In this document: positions 42,988 to 52,825 of the stretch, piece by piece
Layout of the letters: every line of letters starts with the position of its first letter
Numbering within the stretch: the stretch's first letter is position 1
DNA from: Verrucomicrobiota bacterium
GTDB lineage: Bacteria > Verrucomicrobiota > Verrucomicrobiia > Limisphaerales > J093
NCBI GenBank assembly: GCA_012517065.1
Contig: JAAYVR010000015.1
Coordinates: 11,978-75,977, forward strand
DNA length: 64,000 nucleotides
Direction of reading: 5' to 3'
Translations under genes and position numbers: made by a program
Notes under the pieces: model-generated
What the model was told of the DNA's origin: nothing
Seen by the model: the letters and a program-made list of their open reading frames with translations, nothing else
Database searches by the model: none

Positions 42988-44075
42988 GTATTGCGCTGAA
43001 AAGCGTGACGAAGCGGTTCGGCGACACAATCGCTGTAAACGACCTTTCTTTTGCCGTGAACGAAGGCGAGCTGGTGGCTTTGCTCGGGCCAAGCGGCGGC
43101 GGCAAGACAACAGTGCTCAGGTTGATTGCCGGACTGGAAACGCCAACTTCCGGTGACATCTTCATTCGCGGCCATCGTGTGAACGACCTGCCTGTGCAGA
43201 AGCGAAACATAGGGTTCGTGTTCCAGAGCTATGCGCTGTTCAAGAACATGACCGTGTACCGAAACATCGCTTTTGGACTTCGCGTCAAGAAATGGAAACG
43301 CCGTGCAGCAAGAGAGCGTGTCGAGGAATTAATGCAATTGTTCGGGCTCGAGCAGCTTGGCCACCGTTATCCGCACCAGCTTTCAGGCGGCCAGCGACAG
43401 CGCGTGGCAATCGCGCGCGCGCTTGCACCCAAACCCGACGTTCTGTTGCTGGACGAACCGTTTGGGGCGGTTGACGCCAAGATTCGCCAGGAACTGCGCG
43501 AATGGCTGGTACGACTGCATCACCAGTTCAACGTTACAACGCTGTTCGTCACGCATGACCAGGAAGAAGCCATGGAAGTCGCCAGCCGCATTGGCATCCT
43601 CAATTGCGGCCGTCTCGAGCAGGTGGGTTCTCCCCAAGAGGTCTATGAGCAGCCCGCCAACGAGTTCGTGGCAAGGTTCATCGGCGTCATGAACGTAATC
43701 GAACTCGAAGTTCGCAACGGCATGGCGTGTTTGGATCAGATTGCGTTCCCTGCCCCTGGGTACAAAGACGGCGACAAAGTGCGCGTTGGGTTCCGGCCCT
43801 ATAATGTCCGGGTTTCGCCCTCGACCGATGAGTATCGGTGTCAGGCAGTGATCAGGCACACGTATTTCCTCGGCATAATGATGCGGCTGGACCTTGAACT
43901 GCCTTCTGGCGCCCGCGTATGCGCCCGGTTGACAAAGGAAGATTATAAACGTTTGGGACTGGCCACAGGCATGCGGGTATCATTCCAGATCGCAGAACAC
44001 AAAATCCTCGGCGCCGCACAGAACAGCAACGCTCACACCGCGGCCGGATCAGGGTGCACCCACGGCGAACGGTAA
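42984..44075 (+). CDS. cysA: Sulfate ABC transporter ATP-binding protein
   Basis: GPSGGGKT, FVFQSYALF, LSGGQRQR, LLLDEPFGA, VTHDQEEA, C-terminal TOBE-like region. Confidence 0.9.
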   Translation: MSIALKSVTKRFGDTIAVNDLSFAVNEGELVALLGPSGGGKTTVLRLIAGLETPTSGDIFIRGHRVNDLPVQKRNIGFVFQSYALFKNMTVYRNIAFGLRVKKWKRRAARERVEELMQLFGLEQLGHRYPHQLSGGQRQRVAIARALAPKPDVLLLDEPFGAVDAKIRQELREWLVRLHHQFNVTTLFVTHDQEEAMEVASRIGILNCGRLEQVGSPQEVYEQPANEFVARFIGVMNVIELEVRNGMACLDQIAFPAPGYKDGDKVRVGFRPYNVRVSPSTDEYRCQAVIRHTYFLGIMMRLDLELPSGARVCARLTKEDYKRLGLATGMRVSFQIAEHKILGAAQNSNAHTAAGSGCTHGER

Positions 44076-45385
44076 GGACGCTTCAGCAACCGCGTCGCTT
44101 CCGGGTCGTCGGTCACGATACCTTTCTCCGGGTCGTATTGCAGTGTGCGGCCGACGCTCATGGCGATGTTCGCCAAAATGCATGACGCGCTCGAGATGAA
44201 ACCCTGTTCGATGTCCGCCACGGGCCGCGTGCGCGAATCAACTGCAGCAAGAAAGTTCTGCCAGTGCCGGCGCATTGGCGCTGCGCAATGGCGCTCGAGG
44301 TCTTTTTCGGTGCGATCCTCCGGATACTTGTCGTATTCGTAAATTGCCTCGCCGTGCATGGGTTCGCCCCCGCCCAAAGGCGTGAAATCGTAGCTGAAAA
44401 CACTGGCTTTGAGCGTTCCCTTGTCGCCGTAGATTGTTGCTGACCACGGGTATTTGGGGTCTGGCGCTTCGCCCCATGTCCGATGCTTCCAAACGACCTG
44501 CAGATCGCCGTAGTCGAAAGTGGCGATTTGAGTGTCGGTAATGTTTGCCCTGCTTGCCTTGTCCACGAGAATGCCGCCACTGGATGAGATTCGCTTGGGC
44601 CAGCCCAATTCGAGCAGCCACCGGACCATGTCAAACATGTGAATGCACATGTCACCGACGATGCCGTTGCCGTACTCCATGAATGCGCGCCAACTGCGCG
44701 GATGGACAAGCTTGTTGTAAGGCCGCATTGGCGCCGGCCCGGTCCACATTTCATAATCCAGATACTCGGGCGGCTCTGTGTCGGGCGGGTTCTCGCGGGC
44801 ACGCATGTGCCAGTAACAGCATATTTCCACGTGGGCGATCTTTCCAAGTTTGCCCTCGCGTAAAACCCTGTCGCGCGCCTCGATCAGATGCGGCGTGCTG
44901 CGGCGTTGAGTGTTGATTTGTACGACGCGCCCGTACTTTCTTGCGGCAGCGAGCATTGCCTGGCCTTCGACGACATCGACCGAAATCGGCTTCTCGCAGT
45001 ACACGTCGGCGCCTGCCTGCATTGCAGCGATCGATGGCAGGGCATGCCAATGATCCGGGGTCGAAACCATGACAATGTCAAGGTCCTTCTCCTTGAGCAT
45101 TTCCCGCCAATCACTGTACGTGCGCGGCTTTTTCCGCGATTTCTGTCGCTCGGCCACCATTTCTGCCGCTTCTGCCAGCATTCGCCGGTCAACATCGCAC
45201 AGCGACACCACTTCGACCGGTTCGACCTGCAGAAGCCGGAAGAGGCTGCTCTTGCCGTACCATCCGGTGCCTATGAGGCCGACACGTCTGGTTTTTTCTG
45301 CGGCGAAGGTTATTGGCAGGTAACTTGCAGCCGTCACGGCCAGCCCTGTGGCGGCACCCATCCGAAGAAAACCGCGGCGATTCAT
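44033..45385 (-). CDS. Tat-exported Gfo/Idh/MocA family oxidoreductase
   Basis: MNRRGFL start at 45385; VGLIGTG, VSTPDHWH, YCEKP, GDMCIHMFD. Confidence 0.92.
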   Translation of the reverse strand: MNRRGFLRMGAATGLAVTAASYLPITFAAEKTRRVGLIGTGWYGKSSLFRLLQVEPVEVVSLCDVDRRMLAEAAEMVAERQKSRKKPRTYSDWREMLKEKDLDIVMVSTPDHWHALPSIAAMQAGADVYCEKPISVDVVEGQAMLAAARKYGRVVQINTQRRSTPHLIEARDRVLREGKLGKIAHVEICCYWHMRARENPPDTEPPEYLDYEMWTGPAPMRPYNKLVHPRSWRAFMEYGNGIVGDMCIHMFDMVRWLLELGWPKRISSSGGILVDKASRANITDTQIATFDYGDLQVVWKHRTWGEAPDPKYPWSATIYGDKGTLKASVFSYDFTPLGGGEPMHGEAIYEYDKYPEDRTEKDLERHCAAPMRRHWQNFLAAVDSRTRPVADIEQGFISSASCILANIAMSVGRTLQYDPEKGIVTDDPEATRLLKRPYRSPWVHPDPAAV

Positions 45386-45421
45386 GGCGTTTTTTAGTAA
45401 CTGAAAACCCCGACACGGGCA

Positions 45422-45489
45422 AGCGCGAATAAAGTGCCAGGCTCGTTGTTGTTTTTTCAGCGCGAATAAAGTGCCAGGCTCGTTGTTGT
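45422..45489. repeat. Perfect 31-bp direct repeat (period 37)
   Basis: AGCGCGAATAAAGTGCCAGGCTCGTTGTTGT at 45422-45452 and 45459-45489; reverse complement of the AACAACGAGCCTG(T/G)CACT module. Confidence 0.85.
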
Positions 45490-45783
45490 ATCTGCCTTTC
45501 ATGAAACCGCGCACGAGGCAGGACGGGTGCTCCGCACGCTGGATTTGTTCTCTCTGTCCTGATTCCGGCTCAGCGGGACGGCGCGTCCTACCGTGCATGG
45601 AACCGCACACGACGTGGTCGGGGCTTTTTGAAATGGCACGGGCGCGGGTTCTCTGGTATGGAATATGACTGGCACGGCTGGGCCGAGTCACGGTCTCATT
45701 GGAATGGGCAAACGGCCCCCAATCCAAGCGGGCTGCAAACACGGTCCGGTCAGGGCCAAACGAGTCGGTGTAACCACCTTTCA

Positions 45784-46251
45784 GTGAAAGCATTTAAGGC
45801 TATCGGCGCCATGTCTCTCAACCGCGTCATAGGACGCGGAGGCCGAATTCCGTGGCACATACCGGAGGAATTCAAGTGGTTCAAGAGAACCACAATGGGG
45901 CATGTGCTGGTCATGGGCAGGCGGACGTTTGAGTCGATAGGACGCCCTCTGCCGGGCCGGGAGACAATAGTCCTGAGCCGAACGGGATTTACACATCCCG
46001 GGGTAAGAACAGTGGCGAGCCTCGATGAAATCGGCCTTGGGAATGATCAGCGCGACATATTCATATGCGGGGGCGCTCAGGTGTACACAGCGGCGCTGCC
46101 GCGCTGCTCAGACCTTTTCCTGACGGTTGTTGAACAGATTGTTGACGGCGACAGTTTCTTCCCGCCCTTCGAGCACTTGTTTGACGCGGGCGAGCTGGTC
46201 TTTGAAGGACCGGGTTTCAAAGTGATGCACTACCTTAGGAGGCAATCCTAG
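45784..46251 (+). CDS. folA: Dihydrofolate reductase
   Basis: AMSLNRVIG..G.IPWHIPEEFKWFK..T.G..LVMGRRTFESIGRPLPGR.TIVLSR...ICGGAQVY...GDSFFP; GTG 45784. Confidence 0.95.
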   Translation: MKAFKAIGAMSLNRVIGRGGRIPWHIPEEFKWFKRTTMGHVLVMGRRTFESIGRPLPGRETIVLSRTGFTHPGVRTVASLDEIGLGNDQRDIFICGGAQVYTAALPRCSDLFLTVVEQIVDGDSFFPPFEHLFDAGELVFEGPGFKVMHYLRRQS

Positions 46252-46387
46252 CCCGCAAATCTCACCGCTTGACAAACCCAAGAGACCCAAAGCTTCATTC
46301 CGGTGAGATTTCCAGGGCCCGCATATTCCTTGGTCGCTTGAAGACACCCGTTTCGCAGACTGCTCAGGGTATGAAATATGCCGGCTA
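46249..46387. mobile_element. Short repeat copy R5 with inverted ends, starting at the folA TAG stop
   Basis: c-TAGCCCGCAAAT...ATATGCCGGCTA-g; right part nearly identical to 40990-41083; internal ATCTCACCG/CGGTGAGAT inverted pair. Confidence 0.8.
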
Positions 46388-46485
46388 GAGCCAATAGTTG
46401 GAGACCCCATCTCAGAACAACCAAACCTCCGGCACGATGACGTCCGAACATCGAGCCTGACACTCTATTCAGGTCAAATTTCAGC

Positions 46486-48159
46486 TTGTTGAGCAATGGA
46501 CTTGGCAATATGGTATTCCAAGCTGGGTTAAGGCCCGATGTCATGACGCAAAGCTCTAAATACACCAGAATTTCAATGATCACATCCAGATTCAGTGTGC
46601 CAGACACACAAGCGGTCTTGGCTGCCTTTTTATTGTTGTTTGGGTTGCCGGACGCAAATGCACAAACGACCCGGGTATCCAGCGCTCGAAACAGTCCACG
46701 CTTCATCAACCTCGAAGCAGCCCGCAAATCCGGTTCGACATGGGAAACTCATTCTGCGCCAGCATGGCAATATCGGCTGCTGCCAGGCGCACAGTTCATC
46801 GACGACTGCATGACGTGCGGACGTCCAACCTATCTGTTGCCGATGGAAGGGACATTCTCGTTGCGGCTTGTCGAGGAAAACCCTCTGTTCTCAACGTACG
46901 CGGTCGAAGACATATCTTTTCGTGCCGGCACACCGCCCGGGTTGTACTACAAGATCAGCGGCACCGGCACGTATCAAGTGGGCGGTGAAGTGGCCCTGGT
47001 TCAGACCATGAGCCTCAAGGTTCACGTTGACGACGATTCCACGACCAGGCCCTGCACATTTACAAACAATCCGTCTCACGTGACACGCGGCTGGCCCCTG
47101 ATCGAAATTGGCCTCGATCAGGCTGACGGCAACCCGATGCAGTTTTTCCGGATGACGTTCGTTGCCGCTCCCATTCGTGAGGTTTGGTTTTCGACCTCTC
47201 ATGGTTTCACCCCGGGTGTTCAACCTGCTCCGGCAGAACACGTTCGCGGAGGTGACCTTGTTTCTGACACTGGTCGGCTGGTCCTGCTCAACACGTATCT
47301 CAGGGGACGCCTCGGGCTGATGCCGTCTCCTGATCCTCCGGACATTGGACTGGACTGCGTGGACATTCTCCACGGTGGCGAAGTCGCTTTCTCGATCGAA
47401 GAAGACGCATTCAGCGAAACACTTGGGTTCATTAGCCACGGCGATGTGCTTTCCGATCGCAGCAGGGTGATTGCTGCCTACTCTGAGCTGATCGCGCCGT
47501 TTCGGCCAATGCCACCAATTGTTAATCCGGGCCTTGATGCGCTCCAGGTTTTCGATTCGGGTGAGATTTACTTCTCCGTCAAAAGCGAATTCTTTTCCGA
47601 AAGCCTCGGCGCAACGATCAGGCGCGGCGACCTGCTTTCGAACAAAGGAGTGATCGTCAAAACCCAAGAACAGCTCCTTGCGAAGTTCCATCCGCCACCA
47701 ATCCCCATGGATTTCGGGCTCGATGCAGTGTATGTCTGGCCCAGCGGTGAAATCTGGTTTTCTCTCGAGGAAACTTTGCAGGATGCTTCATTGGGGATAG
47801 TCCGCCATGGGGATCTTTTGAGCGACCGCGGCGAGATTGTTTATCGAAATTACGACCTGCTCCGGAACTTCCAGCCGCTGGAAGAACTGGCCGATTTTGG
47901 ATTGGACTCGGTTTTCATTGTAAGCGACGCGATTGCTCTGCCTGCGGGTGTTGCGCGCTGCACGGGAATGGAATTGCTTCCGGATGGTGCCATCCGCTTG
48001 CACTGGAAAACCACTGGAAAACTCCGGCAACTGGAAAAAGCAACTTCTGTCCTCGGCCCGTGGAAAGCCGTCAGCCCGATAACCGTCGATCTCACTTTCG
48101 ATGATCCAGAGGGACCAAAGCATGTTCCACAGGCTTTCTACCGCCTGCGTGAATGGTAG
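46486..48159 (+). CDS. Secreted hypothetical protein with four ~60-aa propeller-like repeats and a Verrucomicrobia-type C-terminal domain
   Basis: Hydrophobic signal segment (true start probably 46543 or 46576); DDCMTC; repeats GLD...GE(I/V).FS...GD(L/V)LS..G; C-terminus LHW...QLEKA..VLGPW...FYRL. Confidence 0.78.
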   Translation: MLSNGLGNMVFQAGLRPDVMTQSSKYTRISMITSRFSVPDTQAVLAAFLLLFGLPDANAQTTRVSSARNSPRFINLEAARKSGSTWETHSAPAWQYRLLPGAQFIDDCMTCGRPTYLLPMEGTFSLRLVEENPLFSTYAVEDISFRAGTPPGLYYKISGTGTYQVGGEVALVQTMSLKVHVDDDSTTRPCTFTNNPSHVTRGWPLIEIGLDQADGNPMQFFRMTFVAAPIREVWFSTSHGFTPGVQPAPAEHVRGGDLVSDTGRLVLLNTYLRGRLGLMPSPDPPDIGLDCVDILHGGEVAFSIEEDAFSETLGFISHGDVLSDRSRVIAAYSELIAPFRPMPPIVNPGLDALQVFDSGEIYFSVKSEFFSESLGATIRRGDLLSNKGVIVKTQEQLLAKFHPPPIPMDFGLDAVYVWPSGEIWFSLEETLQDASLGIVRHGDLLSDRGEIVYRNYDLLRNFQPLEELADFGLDSVFIVSDAIALPAGVARCTGMELLPDGAIRLHWKTTGKLRQLEKATSVLGPWKAVSPITVDLTFDDPEGPKHVPQAFYRLREW

Positions 48160-48212
48160 AGAACTGATACGGCCAGATATGGACATTCAATGCCAACCAG
48201 AACAGTGACTCG

Positions 48213-51155
48213 ATGGTAACAATGAAAAGGATTAGTATGCAGCCGTCTTGCGAGTTGGTGCGGCTTGGATTTGAACCGGCCTACTTGGCCCTGCTCACAT
48301 GTGCAGGGCTCAAGCCAATGAGCCGGCTTGAAAACTGTTCAAACCCTGATCATCAGCGCGTCCTGCAAGCGGCCGGACTCAAAACGCGCGTGATCCATCG
48401 CTGGACAAGGTCGGGCAAACGCATTCCAGAAATCATTTTCGCCCGCTCGGACGTAGTTCTGTCCGAATACGCTGCGCGCTTCGACAACAAAACCCTCGAA
48501 CGCACGCCGGATGACATGCGGTTTGAGGGCCGCATGTTTGGCTATCCTGCTTGCTGCACCGAGAGTTACATCACACGCGGTTACGCCCCCAATTCGTTGC
48601 GCCGCGCCGACCAGAGTATTCTGTTTCACTGGGCCTGCGATGGTTGCAAAGTCACCCCCACGTTACTGCCCGAATACCGGCGCGTTTACCGCCGGTGCAG
48701 ACAGTTATTCCGCAGAAAACCCAACGCCTGCATCAGGCCTCCAAAACCAACCTCATCCCGAAACGTCAAACGAACACTCGCGTTTGCGGCATCGGTGGCA
48801 GCCGTGTTGACGCTTCCGCAAACAGCGCTCCATAGCAGCCCCTCCATGCCACCCATCGACCCTCACTGGCTCCAACTCGGACCGGACACCGACCCCGACG
48901 GCGATTTGCTCACCACCGAGGAGGAAATCGTTCTTGGCACCAACCCAGCCCAGCCCGACCAGAATCAAAACGCAGTGCCGGATGGCCCCGACCTCGCATT
49001 CCAGTTCGCAGACATGATTGCTCTACTGCCAACAAAGACATCCGACACCGAACCTTATGCAATTCACAACATGGCTTTCGGACTCGAGACCTGCAAGGTC
49101 TGCGGCCAAACAGCCAACATGGGCTTCATCACTATCGTCAACCCCCTCGAAAACCAGATAATCCACATCCCATACATCGGACTTCATTACCTCGAACACG
49201 GCAGTTTTCAGTTCGATGGCACGGTGCACTCCGGTCGCGTCAATCCCCCGCTTCTCCGGACGGTCCTGACGAGCGATGGCCGCAGGCATTTCATATCGGA
49301 ACCCGAAGCGTACGACTCCGACAATGACGGGCTGCGCGATTGGGAAGAGCCACTCCTCGGCACCAACCCAAACATGGCCGATTCGAACGGTAACCTCGTC
49401 ATTGACGGTGCGGAAACGATGCGCGCTTTCCGAGCTTCTCTCGAACAGCTCCCTCGAGCTGTCAGCCCCGACGCCGGCCCGAAAGACACGCCGTTCGTTG
49501 TCGAGCATCCGATGAAGGGTATCGAAACCTGCCCTCGCTGCGGCGAACAGGTCGCAATGAACATCTGGGATGTGATCAACCCGGTCACCCACGCCAAAAT
49601 GTCCATCCCTTCAATGGCTCTGCATTACCTCGAACATTGTGGACCAACATGGGAAGGCGGCCAGTTAATGGGCGGTAAAGGCCGCGTCGAACCGCTTCGC
49701 CTGCAAGGCCTGCTCAACGGTCAGCTCGACGGACATTGCCTCGAAGTCCCATCGGACATCGACAGCGACCTCCTGTCCGATCAGGAGGAAACAGACCTTG
49801 GCATGGACCCGCGTTGCACTGACCATGACAAAAACCAAGTGCCCGACGGAGCCGATCTTGCCCGCGCCACAGCCGCTCAAATCGAGGGTTTGCCCACAGA
49901 ACCAACCGCCGCCGTTCACAGGCTCGACTTCAAGCTGCGCGGCCTCGAGCAATGCGAAATCTGTGGTGACACCGTCAACATGGGTCACCTCACCGTCTGC
50001 AATACTGCCGCAGACCTCTATGCAAAAGTCCCTTACATCAGCCTGCATTACTTGCAGCACGGCAGTTTCTCTTTCGCCGGTGATGTCCACGGAAGCGGCC
50101 GCCTCGAGGTCAAGCTGCTCATAAACGCCCTTCACTCAAAAGGCCCGTCCCACCTGCTCCCGACTTACGGCGACGCCGACCGAGACGGACTCAAGGATTT
50201 CGAGGAAGCCCGCTTTGGGTTCGACAAAAGCAGACCCGACAGCGACGACGACGGTGTTCCCGACGGGTTCTGGCTCGCGCGCAAGATGTTCAATGAAATC
50301 CAGGCCCTCAGCCGCACACCTAACCAAACCTGTTTTGCAGTCGAAAACCCGTTGCGCGGGATCGACACTTGCGATGTCTGCGGCGTCAACGTCAACATGG
50401 GCTGGCTCGACATCATCAACCCACCCGAACAACTGAAAGTCCAGGTCAGTTATCTCGCTCTCCATTTCCTTGACCACGGGAGTTTCGCGTCCTCACCCGG
50501 TAATCGACTCAACCCTTGTCTTTTGGACATCGCACTCCATGGGAACGGCTCATCTCACCTCGTTGTCTGGAAAGGCGATTCAGACAGTGATGGGTTGCTC
50601 GACGGTGAGGAAACGTACTTCGACACCCGCCCTGACCGCGCCGATACGGACGGCGACGGCGTTCTTGATGGAATTGCTATCGCGCGGCAATTGTACCAGA
50701 AAGTCCAGGCACTGCCAGTCGGACGGCACCAGAGCGGTCGTTACCGCCTTTTGTATGAGACCGACTGCTTGACCCCTTGCCCCGTGTGCGGCGAAAGCGT
50801 CAACTGCGGTCATTTGGAAGTGGTTAGCGAATGGGCTGGCAAATCGGTTCACATTTCTTTCCTCAACCTCCATTACCTTGAACACGGCAGCTTCGCCGTC
50901 TCGCAATCCGAACGCATCGATCCCGTGGCATTGGACGAGTTGCTCAAGCCGATTCCTTCCATTGCGCTCACAGCAGAGGGCGTAACGCTGCGCTGGCCAA
51001 GCCGCACGGACAAAACATACCAGGTCTTCACGTCCATGAACGCCCTCGGCCCATGGCTGCCCGGACCAGTGTTCAGCGGGACCGGCGAAGAGCTTTCATT
51101 CACCGATCCCGACACCAGCTCGCCACTCAAGCTGTACCAAGTTCGAACGAATTAG
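48213..51155 (+). CDS. DUF483-like head + five CxxC/HxxxH/Ca-loop repeats + C-terminal domain
   Basis: GRMFGYPACC; internal hydrophobic segment; five units DxDxD(G)L...C..CG..(V)NMG...LH(Y/F)L.H; C-terminus LRW...YQV..S..LGPW...FTD...YQV. Confidence 0.82.
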   Translation: MVTMKRISMQPSCELVRLGFEPAYLALLTCAGLKPMSRLENCSNPDHQRVLQAAGLKTRVIHRWTRSGKRIPEIIFARSDVVLSEYAARFDNKTLERTPDDMRFEGRMFGYPACCTESYITRGYAPNSLRRADQSILFHWACDGCKVTPTLLPEYRRVYRRCRQLFRRKPNACIRPPKPTSSRNVKRTLAFAASVAAVLTLPQTALHSSPSMPPIDPHWLQLGPDTDPDGDLLTTEEEIVLGTNPAQPDQNQNAVPDGPDLAFQFADMIALLPTKTSDTEPYAIHNMAFGLETCKVCGQTANMGFITIVNPLENQIIHIPYIGLHYLEHGSFQFDGTVHSGRVNPPLLRTVLTSDGRRHFISEPEAYDSDNDGLRDWEEPLLGTNPNMADSNGNLVIDGAETMRAFRASLEQLPRAVSPDAGPKDTPFVVEHPMKGIETCPRCGEQVAMNIWDVINPVTHAKMSIPSMALHYLEHCGPTWEGGQLMGGKGRVEPLRLQGLLNGQLDGHCLEVPSDIDSDLLSDQEETDLGMDPRCTDHDKNQVPDGADLARATAAQIEGLPTEPTAAVHRLDFKLRGLEQCEICGDTVNMGHLTVCNTAADLYAKVPYISLHYLQHGSFSFAGDVHGSGRLEVKLLINALHSKGPSHLLPTYGDADRDGLKDFEEARFGFDKSRPDSDDDGVPDGFWLARKMFNEIQALSRTPNQTCFAVENPLRGIDTCDVCGVNVNMGWLDIINPPEQLKVQVSYLALHFLDHGSFASSPGNRLNPCLLDIALHGNGSSHLVVWKGDSDSDGLLDGEETYFDTRPDRADTDGDGVLDGIAIARQLYQKVQALPVGRHQSGRYRLLYETDCLTPCPVCGESVNCGHLEVVSEWAGKSVHISFLNLHYLEHGSFAVSQSERIDPVALDELLKPIPSIALTAEGVTLRWPSRTDKTYQVFTSMNALGPWLPGPVFSGTGEELSFTDPDTSSPLKLYQVRTN

Positions 51156-51349
51156 CGCTCCGCCACCTCAGACCGGCCAAGAGCGCCGCATCCATCGGCA
51201 TCTTCGTTGCCCGCCCATTTCCGACTGGTGCGGTTGGGCTGGCTACATGTTTCTGATCCTCATAACCCTGGAATCTCACCCGCCACCCGCTCAGGTACAC
51301 CCATGCGTTTAACCCGGTGACGTTCTTGAGGCCAGGCCCACCTCTGTTT

Positions 51350-52807
51350 TTATTCTACGAACCGGAGCGAATACAAGTCGGCGTCCCGCATCACAAACCT
51401 GAGCCGCACTTCCTGCCCTGCAAGCGAGCCAACATCCGGTCCCTTTTTCCATGTCACGATTCGGTCAATGTCATCGCCAATCTGTTCCACCGCATCAGCA
51501 AGCCCAAAGCCTTCGAGCGCACGGCCGTTCGCGTCCTGAATCTCGACGCGCACTTCGCCTGCAGCACCGGTAGCAAAATTGATCGACAACTTCTGCCCGG
51601 CGAAAACGAGCGGCCGGGTCACCATCTCGCCACCCGAATACGGGGCGTTCACAGAAACAAACCCGTCGGTGCGCAGTATGTATCGGACCAGCCTGCTGGT
51701 GGGTTGCGCGTAGCTGGCCTGCTTGTAGATGGACATTTCAGCGGGACCGGTTGGAACGACGCCTAACGCTGCCATCCCGGCGCGTGAAACCCAGTTGCCG
51801 AGGTCCGAGCCAGGACGAATAAAAGACTCCAAAAACAAACGCACAAATCTGTCGCCGCCGCGCGTCGCCATGAACACAGTGTCCGCGGTGTCGCCAGCGT
51901 ACCCTGGTTTCACACCGAGCGTTCTTGCCTGTTCGTCCGTAAGCACTTTCCGCCCCGGCACAAATCGCATCGGGGTCGCCACGTAAATGTGTGGCGCACG
52001 AAAGTACGGATGGGTTTGGCTCGTATAAAGATGCTCGGGCGGAGTGTCACCGAATTTCATTTCAACCGGCTCCGACCATGCCACGAAATCGGGCGAAGTA
52101 GCGCGGCTGATCGTTCGGTACCCGGCAAACCCGCCGCCGGTCCATGTTCGGAAGTATGCCACATAGCATTGTTCGGATTGCGACCAGAAAGCCACGTTTT
52201 GCGAATCAAACGCGCCTTTGGTCAACAGTGGCTTGGCCCCGAACCGGCGCCAGCGGATTCCATCCTCTGAAACAAATCCGCATAGCCCCGATTCAGCCGT
52301 GCCCGCAAGCGCCTTGTACCGCTCCGAATGCTGCACGCCAGGCCGCGTATCAAGAAACGGCGCGAAATTATGTGAAAAGGGCGGCTGATGCGCGAGCACG
52401 ACGTTGTTTCTCTTTGAACCGTTGACTTCGAACAACCCAAGACACGGCTTTTCCCAGTGAACGCCATCCGAACTCTCCGCCAAACAGGTCACTTCCGCAC
52501 TCGAACCGTCTTTTCCCGCTGTCGGCAGCCCCCTATAATACAGTCGATACCGCCCCTGATCCATGATCACCGTCGGATAACCGCAAAACGGCCCTTCCCA
52601 TGGCAGATCGAATCGGATAGCCACTCCTGCTTCGACCGGTTGATGCAGCCGCAACGCCGCGCCTGCCATCCGCTCGATCAACAGATCATCAACGAACAGT
52701 TCCCGCCGTGAACCGATCGCAATCGCAGCCTCAGCATCGGTCCAGTTGGCCATACCGGCCAAACAGATCGGCAGAACCACACAACCGAGTATTGTTTGCG
52801 TTTTCAA
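51350..52807 (-). CDS. Secreted beta-propeller glycoside-hydrolase-like protein (GH32/GH43-like clan)
   Basis: IGSRRELFVDD, YRLYYRG, AESSDGVHWEKP, FDSQNVAFW, LRTDGFVS, ADLYSLRF. Confidence 0.75.
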   Translation of the reverse strand: MKTQTILGCVVLPICLAGMANWTDAEAAIAIGSRRELFVDDLLIERMAGAALRLHQPVEAGVAIRFDLPWEGPFCGYPTVIMDQGRYRLYYRGLPTAGKDGSSAEVTCLAESSDGVHWEKPCLGLFEVNGSKRNNVVLAHQPPFSHNFAPFLDTRPGVQHSERYKALAGTAESGLCGFVSEDGIRWRRFGAKPLLTKGAFDSQNVAFWSQSEQCYVAYFRTWTGGGFAGYRTISRATSPDFVAWSEPVEMKFGDTPPEHLYTSQTHPYFRAPHIYVATPMRFVPGRKVLTDEQARTLGVKPGYAGDTADTVFMATRGGDRFVRLFLESFIRPGSDLGNWVSRAGMAALGVVPTGPAEMSIYKQASYAQPTSRLVRYILRTDGFVSVNAPYSGGEMVTRPLVFAGQKLSINFATGAAGEVRVEIQDANGRALEGFGLADAVEQIGDDIDRIVTWKKGPDVGSLAGQEVRLRFVMRDADLYSLRFVE

Positions 52808-52825
52808 GGTTAACAGTCGTGTCTC

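Noticed and set aside
49090-50800. CxxC motifs of the 980-aa protein as multiheme cytochrome sites
   Set aside because: All are CxxCG, not CxxCH.
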